From Antedon mediterranea (lineage: Eukaryota > Animalia > Echinodermata): a stretch of 64,000 nt of DNA. Position numbers and translations under genes: made by a program. The DNA lies in assembly GCF_964355755.1 (NCBI RefSeq), contig NC_092670.1, positions 20,012,795-20,076,794 on the forward strand, in the 5' to 3' direction. The stretch's first letter is position 1. Every line of letters starts with the position of its first letter. Shown in pieces: positions 51,065 to 64,000 of this stretch. The notes below the pieces were generated by a model that was given only the letters and a program-made list of their open reading frames with translations, did not search any database and had not been told where the DNA came from.

Positions 51065-53435
51065 TGTTCTGTTGATGCAGTGAAGTGAAGTCTATGTACA
51101 TTGGTGGGAAAGGTGATAATATTATATTTATTCAAGGCCGTAGCGAGAGGTTAAAAAACAGACGAGGCAAATATGCTTTAAATATAATTATTATTAATAT
51201 AAAATATGACGGTCTGGAGAATTGAGGTGGGTGGTGAAAATTTAAAATTGCAGATAAGGCGAGCGCCTCATGCTGGTTACGGCCCTGTTATTCTACGAAA
51301 CGTAATTATTAAAACGTCATTGAGGTTAACTTACGACTACTATTCTATTCTTGTGTGTGTATTAGGGTTACACTTATAGATGTACGCTCCAATCCAAAAC
51401 CAGATTGTATAATTAATTCTGTACACTGTTACTTTGTCAATCGTTCGGTCGTCGTCATTGAGCCATATTCAATAACTGAATTAAAAATCTATATTCTTTG
51501 TCATATACAATCCAAAACCAAAGATATGAATTATTCATTGAGAAATGATTTAAAGAGTACCAGTAACATTACCATGTTCAGATATTATTGTTCGAAAATT
51601 TCAGTTTCATAATGTTTTTATTTTCATAGGCCCACACTGTACAAATCACCAATGAAACAGGTAGTACTGCAACTCCTTTTAACATTTATTTAAGGCGTTT
51701 TATCTGGAAATACAAACATTTGACAAGGTATTATGCAACGAAGAGTGCCAGTGGCAATAGGTGCACATGGCTTATGGTTTTCATGCACTAGTCGAACCCT
51801 ACTAAAAGTGACTCTTACCTTTTAACTCCTTTTACATTTAAGGCTAGGTCTAGTATCTGAAAATACAAACATTTGGCAGCCAGGAGTGCCAGTGGCAATA
51901 GATGCGCATGCGTTATGGATTTCATGCAATTATAGTTATTAACAATGAACACAATATAACGGATTTATTGGATTAACAGTACAATAATAACAATATGCCG
52001 AACCTTGAGAGAAAGACGATTTACCGAACGGAATTTTTACGTTTGTATTCAGGAAATTCACAAACAAATAGGAAATTATAATATACGATTATTACAAGTG
52101 GGACTTAATGAAGTTGATCATAAATTAAAGGGGGAGTACATGCATACTTACAAAGACGATTTAATTTAAGTTTAAAGTACAATGTAATATTAGTATTATT
52201 AGATAATATTTTGAAAAGCCAAAATTGCCAGTCATTGGTAAAATGGCGAGTTCACATTGCAATCAGGACGCTGTGGGTTTAAAGCATTCCGTCATAAGAG
52301 TTACCACACACTGACCATGGTGTTTCCGCAAACAACAGTCAATTTCGTTGATCATCCCCCATAACTACAACATAAATGAGGTTGAATTAACATCACACCC
52401 CAACTCATGCGGTACCTTTGGGGGTTTTCAGGCTCTCCTGCCCTACGCTAGCACCAAAAAAGGTGACTGCGCGTACGTTGTGGGCAGATATCACCGTCAA
52501 ACCGAACTAAACTACAAAATTGAATGGAGATCACTAAAAAGCAATCTCGGATCGAAGTAAACGTGCCGTTATCTGTTTTTTTCACATCCGTATGGCTTTA
52601 TTCGTCGTCGTCAGGTAAACGTGTTGATTATTTCACAAACCAGAGAAGCCATGACTGTTCGAAGACAGCAAGACTATCCAGCCGGGCTACATAGCAATAT
52701 CAGGATTCAACTGTAGCAACGAAAGCCTCTTAAACAAGAACTTATATACTTTTCAAAGTGCTTATCTCAGCTAAATTTCAGCCTTCGTCAGCATTGTAAC
52801 GATGACTCAAATAGTCTGATTAATACAAAGAATAAGCCAAACAGCGATCGCATTCTACTCTACGTATAGAAATGACGTGTACTTGTCACTTCCTTTATGA
52901 ATAAATCTGCTGTGGTAAAGGCAAAAGAAATTTCACGATTAACACCCGATTACCATGATGGAAAAAACGATTACATAGGCCTACATTATTTTAATTGAAA
53001 GGCTTTCATAGGTCGTAATCGTTTTCAATACGGCGGTTCGCGTGCGTTTAGACCCATACCTGTACAAAAATCATTATACATTTTACTTGAACTGATATTT
53101 CAACTCAATATAATAGATAGTTAGTAACAAGAAAAACATTTTTATTATTATTTTATTCTTTTAAAGTTTTTTAAATTTTTTGTAAGACTTATGTTTTGTA
53201 TTTCACACTACATTCTATTATTTTTTTTATTTATTTTGATTCATTTTCAAGTTAATACTTTTATTTATTCTTGTATGCAGCTGTATTTCACACAACATTT
53301 ATTTTATTTCATTTTAAGTTATTACTTGGACGCACCTTTATCATCAAAGTGTGCCACTGTTGTAAAAGTGAAGTTTCCAATAAATTATTATTATTAATAT
53401 AAAGGACTTTTGGGGTGAATAATCATAACAATAAT

Positions 53436-54074
53436 AACTAGAAAGCCACTCAAGTGTGCATACCTCCGCCTACTGTAAAATTCTCCAACATAATATTTCT
53501 ACGGAAATATATATTTTTTGTTGTGTGTGTCTTAATGCTGTCTGCGATTTAGGCTAATTTCACTACAAGCATGTGTATGCGAGTTTGGTGAAACCAGCTT
53601 TTCAACTAACAATACTATACTGTAGTTTCAGTTGACTAACAATAGAACAGGAACGCCAAAAATAAACGGGTGAATTTGAAAATAAATAGGTTTTTTAACT
53701 TTTCTACTCCTATCAAAAAACCTGTACCGTACATTAAATCATTAATTATGTTTGAAAATTACAAATCACAAATTATAATTCTTACCTCTTGTACAAAAAT
53801 GAAGTTTTTTGGACAAGTAGGTTCTCGAGAAAATGAAATGTCAGTTTACTTGTTACTTTAAGACTGCTTTTGAAAATTCTATCTTTTAACACTAGGTCTG
53901 AAAATAATACTAAAAAGTGGTCCAGAATTGGGACCGTGGTCCGGATTGCCTCAAAAATTTTAATTGAGTGGTCCTTGACCACATATCTGTATTTTCGTTT
54001 TGGTAAAGATCAAGCAAAAAAATGTTTGAGTAATTCTGCTAACAAACGGACAAACACTCATTGGCGGTGGTAAA
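53436..54074 (-). mobile_element. HINE-like element, second copy
   Basis: Homologous to 18972-19595: AACTAGAAAGCCACTC...GTGCATACCTCCGCC ... TTGGCGGTGGTAA. Confidence 0.6.
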
Positions 54075-54324
54075 TATAGCAATATATGAAAAAAAAGACT
54101 AATTTACCGAACGGAATTTTGACGTTTGAATTTAGGAAATTCAGAAACAATAGGAAATTATAATATCCGATTATTTGATAGTCGGACTTAATGAAGTTGA
54201 TCGTAAATTAAAGGGAGAGTGCAGACTAATAATGATAATAAATATAATACAGTATATCATTTTGAAAAACCAAATTCGCCAGTCATGGTAATTCCCAACT
54301 AGGACGCAACGCAACGACTTGTAA

Positions 54325-54502
54325 AGCGTGGTTCCCACTAGAACGTAACGCAAGGACGTAAACGCAACGCAAGCGTTTTAACCAATGACAAGCGAAGTTA
54401 TAGACAGTTAGCATCGCAAGCGAATAAGCCATCGCTTGTGATTGGTCAATTCACTTGCGTTGCGTTACGTCCTTGTGTTGCGTCGCTAGTGGGAACCACG
54501 CT
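54325..54502. mobile_element. Harbinger-type MITE nested in a related MITE (~54291-54580)
   Basis: TAA|AGCGTGGTTCCCACTAG ... CTAGTGGGAACCACGCT|TTA perfect 17-bp TIRs. A related end fragment lies at ~722-790. Confidence 0.8.
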
Positions 54503-57500
54503 TTAGAGAGTTGACCAATCACACGCGACAATTGAGGCGATCCATCACGACGTGATTGATCCGAATTGGGAACCAAGCTTGAGTTCACATGTCAACCAGG
54601 ACGCTGTGGGTTTTTTAAATGAGAAAAGAAAACTATCAATCCGTCATCAGAGTTACCACACTGACCATGGTGTTTCCGCAAACAAAATACAGTGAATTCC
54701 GTTGATCACCAATGATACATCCCCCATAACTACAACATAAATGAGGTTGACTTAAAATCACACCCCAACTCATGCGGTACCTTTGGGGGTTTTCAGGTTC
54801 TCCTGCCCTACACTAGCACCAAAAGGTGACTGCGCGTACGTTGTGGGCAGATATCACCGTCAAACCGAACTTAAACTACAAAATTGAATCGAGATTACTA
54901 AAAAGCAATCTCGGATCGAAGTAAACGTTATTTGTTCCAATCATATCCGTATGGGTTTAATTTCGTCGAAGTAAACGTGTTGATTGCACACACCAGAGAA
55001 GCCATGACTGTTCGAAGACAGCAAGACTATCCAGCCGGGCTACACAGCAATCAGGATTCAACTGCAGCAACGAAAGCCTCCAAACAAGCACTTATATACT
55101 TTTCAAAATGCTTATCTCAGCAAAATTTCCGCCGCGTCATCATTGGTAACGATAGTGACTCAAATACAGTAGTCTGATTAATACACAGAATAAGCCAATC
55201 AGCGATCGCATTTTACTATATGTATAGAAATGACGTTTACTTACAGTACTTCCTTCCAAATAAATGTTGCTGTGGTAAGGGGAAACGAAACTTCACAATT
55301 AACACCCGATTACCATGATGGAAAAAACGATTACATAGGCCTACTGTACATTATTTTAATTGAAAGGCTTTCATAGGTCGTGATCGTTTTTAATACGGCG
55401 GAGTAGCGCGCTTTTAGGCCTATAGCCTACAAAAACTTTACAAAAATCACAATACATTTCACTTCAACTGACAAACTTCCAGCAATTCATCATCAGTAGT
55501 GCTTTACGATAAATTCTTTGAGTAATTCTAAAGATTTTTTTGTCAGTGTTTTGCAACGATGGATGTATTTTGAATTATAAAATAATATTATAAAAAAACA
55601 TGTTTTACCATTGATTAAGAAAACAATTCGGAAGTTAGGGAAAATTAATAGCTGGAAAAGGTAGACCTACAGTTCGTTCTGTTTTATTTGTTGTTCCTAG
55701 CTTTGTTTTTAGCTATATACGTACAAATAAAAAAATTTAATAAAATACGTAATTTTGATTGGCCAGAGATGACGTCATTAAATTCATCTTATAATAAAAT
55801 GCAATCATCTCATGAATAATGCATCATTATGACATCGATTTATTAGCGATGAGATATAACACACTTCGGTGGTCTCATATTGTATATGGAAACAATGGGT
55901 ATAATAAATGGGCCCTGGATATGTAAACGTACAAGTTCAGTGAAGCGTCTCCAACGTTTTAATCATAATACTTTATTTAAATATTATACGCATTATTTGA
56001 ACTGTCCAATCAATTGATTTGCTTTTAAAGAAACAATTATTAAATTCTTCCATCATCAAACCATGTCTACACACTATTAATAATAATACCATTACCAGTA
56101 ATTTCACTCTTCCCTGGTAACTTAAATTAATTAATAGAATCACTTACACACAGAAAAATGCAGTAGGCCCTTTATTAATATACAGCAAGCCCTGATTATA
56201 CATCCAAGTCAATGACGTCATGATAAATAAGAACACTATAAATTCTTCTTGAAGAATATGGCGTCATTTGAATATTTTAAAATTTAAAAAAAAATATAGT
56301 ATTTGGTAATATATACAATAACTTTCTGGTAATTTCATTTATTTTCTGTAGAAAAAAATAATGTTTTATCTGCAGTATTCGTCCTAAACGGGACAATTGG
56401 AATAAGGATAAAGTATAACATGTCAATAAATTATTTTAATTAATTAATGATAACGATCAAAGGGCGAAAAATTAGAAATGATAACACGAACAGTGCATGG
56501 TAATCGATGAATGACGAAAGAAGAGATAACGGTGATGATAATAAATAAGGACTACAGTAGTATACGCAGAATGATTGATATTAATCGACGATGGATCGAT
56601 GTTATTAGGAAGTTACCACAATCATTTACGATAATTTTAACTGTTTAAGAACTTCCATATGAAAAGGTCAAAAAAGGTCCATTAAATCGTATAGACGAAC
56701 GGCGCAACGTAATTCTAAATAAATAATTCAATTAATTAAAAACAATAATAATAACTATAGGCCTATAAGTATATAAATATAAATAAGAAATAAGTGAATA
56801 ATAATAAATACATTTAAATAAGAAATAAGTGAATAATAATAATAATACATCTGTCTTATAGTTATAAGTTAATCATGTTAATCATGAATTCAATATTTGA
56901 ATAAAAGTGCACTACATAGGCCTACATACATACAATTAAATATTTAAGTCTTTCAAATCTATTGAAAGTTTTTTTCAATGAAACAAACTCAGAATGAATT
57001 AATAAAATGAAACTATTTTTTTAAAAATCGGCAACAAATTTTCCAATTATTGTTGAGAAAAAATGTTAAAAGAGCTTTTCTGCTTATTTTTGTTAAAGTT
57101 GAAACAATTGAACGGATGAACCATTTTCTAGCATGTGGATCTGGCATTGCAGACATTAGAGGATGTCTAAATTACTGATTAATGGCATTATAGAACTGTT
57201 AAACTAAACACATTGATCATGAAATAAACAATATGTAAACAGAAATATAGAAATATAAAAGATTTCGCTCAACGCTAGTCAGTGACATTGAAAGCAGCTA
57301 ACAAAATAGTAATATTATTGCTTTGGTGACATTTTAAATTAAATTTATAAAACACATTAAAATAAAAAAAATAAAAAAATTATGACATTTTTTTTAATGT
57401 ACAGTAGTTTATTAAATTATTTTGGTCCAATAATGTAATATAGCTTACAACTATTTGAATTACACTGCCCCTGTGATATTAGTATTGAACGAAAACGTTT

Positions 57501-58682
57501 CGGCCTTAATTTGACAATTTGTGCACATCAAGAATAAAAAAAAGTCCAGATATTTACAAATAAATATTATTTCTTTCATAATGCTGTCAGTTTTCTATAG
57601 TGTCACACAGAAACATTTTTTTAAAGTGATAATATTATATATTTTTATTTTCACAATCGTTTTCAAGATGGCGTCAACATTTATTCATGATGACCTCCTT
57701 CAATGTGAGGACAAAAATGAGATAAAATGCCAAATAAAAAACTAATTGTGGTTTAGTACACTCCCTATTGTTTGTAATGATATAAACAAGACATACTCAT
57801 GTTATATTTTGAACAAAATGCAATAAAATAGCGATAAATGTCGTAATATTATCATGTTTTATAGCACAGCATCCATCGGAAAAGGACGCGCCCAGAAATG
57901 TTTGTGACGCAGTCGGCAGTTATAATGAATAATAAAAAACAAAAATTCTCAATAAATACTTAATTATAAGTTATGAAAATGTGCAAACATGTTCAATACT
58001 ATTATATTAAGTTCTATGCAAAATCTTGGAAAGGTAGGCATACAAGAAGGTTACGAAAAACAACATTCCGATTGTAATGATCTTTACATTCTGTAGATTA
58101 TGATTCGTTAGCGAAGATATTTTTTGTCAACAGGCTGACCAGTGAGAATGGGTTTTCGCAGTTTTATGCCTAAACTAGAAATAATTACGATGTGACAGTA
58201 ATTACATTTTGTAAATATACAACATAAAATTATGCCCCATAGATTTAATAACATTTTATTAAGGAAAAATGTGATTTTTAGGAGAAAAACTGTAGCATAG
58301 AGATTTAACCAATATGGCGGCTGACGAGATTTTGTGCTATTTGACTAAATTCGTTCCTTTCGCAAAGTAGGTTAATAAAACCAAGTTAAAATGAAGGCTG
58401 CGGTGATGAATGCCAATACATTATAGTTCATTTTGGCTATCTTGATTATTAAAATGATCAAGTCACCAAAAAACTGTGATATTATGAACTTTGTAGAACG
58501 GTTTTCATGATATCGATATTCCTTTGAATTCCATAATATACCGAAAAAACTACGGAATATTTTTATTAACTAATTACACTATTCTAAAATATATTTATTC
58601 ATCTACAAATCAACGTACCTAACTTTAGTGAATCAAGTCTGCCAAACAAGCTATGAAGAAATATTTTTGAACATACAAGCAC

Positions 58683-58768
58683 AAACACAAGAAAAGTCGC
58701 CATTTTCAACAACAATGTACAAGTTTTGTTATGGTGCTAACGAACACGTCCGCAATGAAGGTATATTA
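58683..58768 (+). promoter_or_regulatory. Histone H1 proximal promoter: H1 (AC) box, GTCCG element, TATA-like
   Basis: AAACACA at 58683-58689, GTCCG at 58748-58752 and TATATTA at 58762-58768, about 90-170 nt upstream of the H1 ATG. Confidence 0.5.
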
Positions 58769-58855
58769 GTAGCGCGTCACCTAGCGGCAGGAACACTCGA
58801 TTATTTTTGTATCGGCAGTGAACGTCAGCTGAGTACGAAACTTAAAACCATAATC

Positions 58856-59437
58856 ATGACAGAACAAGAAGCTAAGAAGGCAACTAAGCCAGCAGTAGTT
58901 AAAAAGAAGCCATCAAAGCCGAAGGTGCCGGCTGATCATCCAACTTATAATGAGATGATTCGGGCAGCAATTGTTACTCTTGCTGATAGAAGCGGGTCGT
59001 CTAGACAGGCCATTCAGAAATACATCTTGGCTAACTACAAAGTCGGAGACCCACAAAAATCAAGAGTTCGTGTAAGAGTTGGACTCAAACGTATGGAAGC
59101 TTCAGGACTTTTGAAACATACTAAAGGAAAAGGAGCATCCGGTAGTTTCCGTTTGGGAGATAAAGCAAAGGTGGTCAAACCTAAAGCTGCTGCTGCAAAG
59201 AAGAAACCAGCTGCTAAAAAGCCAGCTGCCAAGAAAGCAACAAAGAAGAAGTCTCCAAAGAAAGCAGCAGTAAAGAAATCGGCAGCAAAGAAACCAGCAA
59301 AGAAGTCGCCTGTGAAGAAATCAAAGCCAGAAAAGAAAGCATCGAAACCAAAGAAGGCCAAGTCACCTGCTAAGAAAAAAACGAAGTCGAAATCTCCCAG
59401 CAAGAAGAAGACCACAAAGAAAGCGGCAAAGAAGTAA
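58856..59437 (+). CDS. Linker histone H1 (H1.0/H5/H1-delta-like replication-independent variant), 193 aa
   Basis: Globular domain [12 protein letters not shown]...[13 protein letters not shown]...[11 protein letters not shown], followed by a Lys/Ala/Pro tail with SPKK-type motifs. Intronless and solitary; no histone stem-loop visible after the stop; AATAAA at ~59622 and ~59729. Confidence 0.93.
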   Translation: MTEQEAKKATKPAVVKKKPSKPKVPADHPTYNEMIRAAIVTLADRSGSSRQAIQKYILANYKVGDPQKSRVRVRVGLKRMEASGLLKHTKGKGASGSFRLGDKAKVVKPKAAAAKKKPAAKKPAAKKATKKKSPKKAAVKKSAAKKPAKKSPVKKSKPEKKASKPKKAKSPAKKKTKSKSPSKKKTTKKAAKK

Positions 59438-60607
59438 ACGACTTAAAAACATCTTCAGACCTTTAAAATAACTTTTTAGATAATGCTACACGTGTTTCCT
59501 TGTGATGTATATAGGATTTTAAAATACATTGTAGTGTGTATATATTTTATATGAACGGAACTTAATTCGGAATCACCGGCAATCTGTTGCCATGAAAACA
59601 AATGTTGGACGAGATGGTACCAATAAATATTTTTTGGACTTTTTAAACAATTTGTATACACTTATTTATTTGTATATTCCATAAAAGAGACATTCTAAAA
59701 ATAATCATTTGCTTAAAATACCCAGTAAAATAAATGCCTGTTTTTCAAGCAGGAAAACTGAAAGCATTGTCTTGTATATTTTGTTTTATTTACAGAATGT
59801 TCAATAATGGTCACTAGAGTGTGTGAGTTGAGAGAATGAGAAATGATTGCACGTGTTGGCGCTTAAGACTCGTCCATTTGGCGTGTAGGGCATGCGTAAG
59901 ACGACCTACATGTAAGATAACAATCGCGCTTTATATCATGCGACCAGTTATTTTACATCGTTTAGGGTGTCAATTTTGATCCACTTTCTTTGAATCGAAG
60001 TTGATTTTACAAGGGTGATGGTGGTATAAGTTGACATATTTTTCTAACCCGATCAGATACGATGGAGTACGTCGTAAATTACGCGAGAGTCAACATAAAT
60101 AACGTTACAGGTATTAATTATGGCCTACCGTATTTTCTTTAGTTAATAAAAGCCTTCCTTTTTTATTCTAACCAATAAATAAGACACGTTTGACAATTTT
60201 ACAGTATAGCACAGGTGTTATTATTATTTTCTTTTAATAAATAAACACCTTGTATGTACGTGTTATTGCCAAATGCATGCAGATGTAAAAAAACTTTATA
60301 TTCTTCTAACTTAATAATATTTGAGGATACATTCCCATATTAAACTGTACATTATTTGTCACGTTCATTATTCTTTTTTTTTTTCATGCATGAACATCAT
60401 CGACTGGTCCTATGAAACATACATATTATCATCAATACATCTAGCGTTATGTCATAAACATTTATGGCTACCTTATAAACATACTACCTCATCATACTTG
60501 TCGATACGTCATCAAAATCTAGGACTACTTCATCAGCATACTTAATATTAATTAATTAATATTAATCTTTTATTCATTTAAAATACTACAGTATTAATTG
60601 ATTTAGT

Positions 60608-61090
60608 ACTCATCAACATTTAGGGATACCTCATCAACATACTTGGCGCTACGTCATCAACATTTAGGGATACCTCATCAATATACTTGGCGCTACGTCA
60701 TCAACATTTAGGGATACCTCATCAATATACTTGGCGCTACGTCATCAACATTTAGGGATACCTCATCAATATACTTGGCGCTAGCTATGTCATCAACATT
60801 TAGGGATACCTCATCAATATACTTGGCGCTAGCTATGTCATCAACATTTAGGGATACCTCATCAACATTTAGGGATACCTCATCAATATACTTGGCGATA
60901 CGTCATCAACATTTAGGGATACCTCGTCAATATATTTGTTGCTACATCATCAAGATTTAGGGCTACATCATCAAGATTTAGGGCTACATCATCAAGATTT
61001 AGGGCTACATCATCAAGATTTAGGGCTACCTCATTAATACTTAACGCTACGTTATTAACATTTAGGGATACCTCATCAATATACTTGGAC
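60608..61090 (+). repeat. Compound minisatellite (~43-bp dimer CATCAACATTTAGGGATACCT+CATCAATATACTTGGCGCTACGT, grading into the 21-mer CATCAAGATTTAGGGCTACAT)
   Basis: Direct tandem repeats that explain ORFs 60775-60960 and 60913-61170. Confidence 0.9.
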
Positions 61091-62381
61091 CTCATTATCG
61101 TTAGGACTACGATTGCCAGAATAACAAAAAAAACAAAACATAATAGTACCCTGTTGTAATTAATTAGCAAAACACAATTTCTTAATTACTGTAATTTAAA
61201 AAAATGTATTAATTTCATCAACCAACATTCTTCTTTTCTGTAATGTTTATTTACATTGTTTTTAATAAATGTACAAAGCAATGTTTTTATGAAACTATTA
61301 AATTAAAATTAGTAACAAGACAAACACTTCATATAAAAAAAAGTACTAAAAATATCAAAATACAATTAAGTATGTAAATTAATTTATAATAAATATAAAA
61401 ATCAAACAAATTAATCTATGAATGGCTTAACCTGACAAAGGCTTTCTGTTACAAGTATTATAAGATGATAAAATAAATGTACTATATTGTAGGTTGGGGT
61501 CATTTTTTCAATGTATGGTTGGAGCGTGAGCTTTTACTCCAGGTGGACTCCTAGAGAATTTATAACTTAGGATGGTCTATGCCACAGGTTGGACTTAAAC
61601 CCTAAGATGGGCTTTTATGATAAAACAGAAAAAGCACTTAGTGAACATAATACCAAACAGAACTACTTCTTCATAAGCCATTTATAGTTAAAATGTAATT
61701 AATACAGTAAATATAAGAAAATAAATAATAATAAAACACTGACAAAAAATGGCTTTTATGACTTCTTGGTGTTTTTGTCAAATTGGTAAAATTACAATTA
61801 CATGATTCAATCTAATGTACAATTTCTCTTTTCTTAAAAATATCAAATTTATTTTCTCAAAAATAATATCTCCAAAAATATTTATGAAAGAGTGTAAAAT
61901 ATTTTTATTTTTTTCATTGTAAATGCAAATATTATTTTTACATCTTTAGAAATACTTTACAAATTTTACAGTTTTCTTTTTCATTTTATTTTAAAGTATA
62001 TTGCAATGAAATCAAATTATGGCAAAAAGTTATTAAAAAATATTCTTGCTAACAACATTTTACTGCAATTACTGCAGTTATTCTACTGCATACACAGTCA
62101 TTGCAAATATTACTTGAAAAATGGACGAATTACAAACTAGATAAACATTGATGCAATTACATTCTCATTTTTATATTCAACTGTTCTGCAGTAAAACAAG
62201 AGTCTAATAAAGACCTCTCATCACTTCTGATAACTTTATTGATATAACTTAGTCTTCTTAATGATGAAATCATATTATTTCCACTTTTTAAAGACCTTTC
62301 TAACAAACACTTTCTCCAAAGATGTGTACAGAGTATAACATTGGTCATTTTAGTCTTTACTCTTGTAAAGAGTGTGGTGCT

Positions 62382-63888
62382 TCATTGCCAAACCTGAAAG
62401 AAAGGAAATAACAATAAAAAATGCATTGTTCTAATTATTAATAAATAAAATCAAATTCAGATGTAGAAACAAATACTATACAGGATATGGTCAAAGTAAT
62501 AAACAAATAATGGTGGTAACATAAATAACGTAAATTTCCTTTCACTTACCTTAACAGTATTATCAACAGCACCAGAGAAAAGACGCCCTCTAGAGACAGC
62601 GAGACATGTTACACTTCCCTGATGTCGTATCAGAGCTTGTTGACATGTCTTATTCTCCATATTCCATACCTAAAAAATAATAGTAATAATAAATGTTAAC
62701 TAAAAATGTCTTATAATAATAAATATAAATATATAATTTTAATTATTATGCAACATTTTTAATTTGGTTATAATCTTCTTTTACAGTATTGTTTTATTAT
62801 TATTTTTAGTAAATTCTAAAGCTCTGTCTACACTATCAAACTAGTTGAAAAAAAATGTGATGTGCCCAAATATGGTAGTGATATGACATTATCATGTCCA
62901 TATATGGGCACCACACATTAAATATCATATATAAAAAATAAACTATTCCAATTATATTTAGAGGATAGTCAACTAGAGTATCCGTGTTACTTTAAATTAG
63001 TTTAGAAATTGAATATTATTGGATAAATACAAAGGAGAAAGCTACATGATGAGTCTGCTTAAAAACCAATATTGACTATAAATAAATAATTACACTCACC
63101 CTGAGAGATCGATCATATGAAGCACTAAATACACGTGTACTGCCCGGAGCACTGATAACAGCTAGTGCGTACACTGTGCCCACGTGTCCCGTCAGCGTCT
63201 CCACTTGATCATGGGATTTACGGTCCCATACATGAATGCAGTTCTCGTAAGTTCCAGCTATGATGTGTTCATTTGTGAGCGTAATTGAATATACAGAGCC
63301 TCCTGATGTTTCTAGGACATTTGTTACTTCTAAGCTGTTTATGTTCCAAATCTGCAGAAAAATAGTTAGGCCATGAGCGGAATATTCAACTCATTCACAA
63401 GACAATAAAGATGCTTACATATTTAACAAAGAACAACATCTTCCTTTTTTTATAGGAGTAAGCAATGCAATTTGTTTTTCCGTATTCTGGACCCTTCTTT
63501 AGGATATTCTTTCAACTTGAGTCTTACTGTTATACTCACATTTTGTTTATTACATTGAGTGACTCTTGCTAATTAATAAATAAATACAAGGGTTAAAAAA
63601 AAAGTCTTAACTAATAATTGATAATTTTGTTTTCATTTTGATGCATTCCGCTGAAAAGTTCTATAAATAAAAATTACACACAACTTAAATATTTATATTG
63701 AGTCCTGCAGCAATCCACAGTAACATTACTGCAGCAAATAGCATGATTTTTCAAGATCATTGCTAACATACCTTAATTGTTTGGAAAGAACCACTGTAAA
63801 GGTGCTCTTCAGTAGCAACTAAAGCACGAACCCAATGGTTCAGACCGGTTAATTCCTTCTTTAACTCATGAGTATGTGCATCCCATAC
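62382..63888 (-). CDS. TRAF7: E3 ubiquitin ligase TRAF7, last four coding exons (WD40 repeats); gene enters from the right edge
   Basis: Exons 63772-63888 ([14 protein letters not shown]), 63100-63351 ([11 protein letters not shown]...[11 protein letters not shown]...[13 protein letters not shown]...[10 protein letters not shown]), 62550-62669 ([28 protein letters not shown]) and 62382-62393 (VWQ*), all GT-AG and phase 0. Confidence 0.93.
62819..62918. mobile_element. MITE family A, 3'-truncated copy in TRAF7 intron
   Basis: AAGCTCTGTCTACACTATCAAACTAGTTG...TGTGATGTGCCCAAATATGGTAGTGATATG...CATATATGGGCAC. Confidence 0.75.
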
Positions 63889-64000
63889 CTATGAAAAATT
63901 AAATATACAAAATAAATATATACAGTGGTTTTTAAAATAAAAAATAATTTTATTCCTATTCAGCTGTGGTACATGAAATCAGCTTGATTAAAATTTGAGA

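Larger units (their letters stand above)
52015..55470 (+). repeat. Diverged ~1.1-kb direct duplication (52015-53110 / 54100-55470)
   Basis: Collinear shared blocks, e.g. TTTACCGAACGGAATTTT, CCCCCATAACTACAACATAAATGAGG, GCGCGTACGTTGTGGGCAGATATC, AACACCCGATTACCATGATGG. Confidence 0.9.

Noticed and set aside
57521-57745. Short ORF or exon with AAGATGGCG start (MASTFIHDD...)
   Set aside because: Only 25 codons follow the ATG, with no homology I recognise and no supporting splice partner.
58628-58855. 76-aa N-terminal extension of histone H1 in the ORF track
   Set aside because: It starts at GTG and runs through the H1-box/TATA promoter. The ATG at 58856 (ATCATGA) gives a normal-sized H1.
59035-59415. 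Antisense Phe-rich 126-aa ORF
   Set aside because: It is the mirror of the Lys-rich H1 tail codons.

Overview
AT-rich, intron-rich animal genomic DNA, invertebrate in character. A Deu-domain-like SINE and an H1-delta/H1.0-type histone are compatible with an echinoderm-like deuterostome, but the taxon is inferred. Genes I could splice by hand, left to right: (1) a signal-peptide first exon of an unknown secreted/membrane protein (-, 162-228, continuing off the left edge); (2) PGS1 (+, 9 coding exons, 716 aa) with a ~250-aa low-complexity insert and one GC-AG intron; (3) RRN3/TIF-IA (-, 16 coding exons, 9928-31760, ~612 aa); (4) an intronless orphan rhodopsin-class GPCR nested antisense inside an RRN3 intron; (5) a DIPK1/FAM69 divergent kinase (-, 3 exons); (6) a polyadenylated-type linker histone H1; (7) the last four WD40 exons of TRAF7 (-). 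The rest is repeat-rich: about 10 copies of one Harbinger-type MITE, other MITEs, tRNA-derived SINEs, Helentron-like HINEs, LINE tails, Gypsy and hAT debris, and a TTAA-flanked element with a ~340-bp-arm internal palindrome. A 19-bp satellite lies in a near-perfect 4.08-kb tandem duplication that also carries a decayed, intron-containing protein-kinase gene. The long ORFs at 39-46 kb are satellite artefacts. I found no convincing wholly new biological system; the best leads are the satellite/kinase cassette, the nested atypical GPCR and the PGS1 insert.
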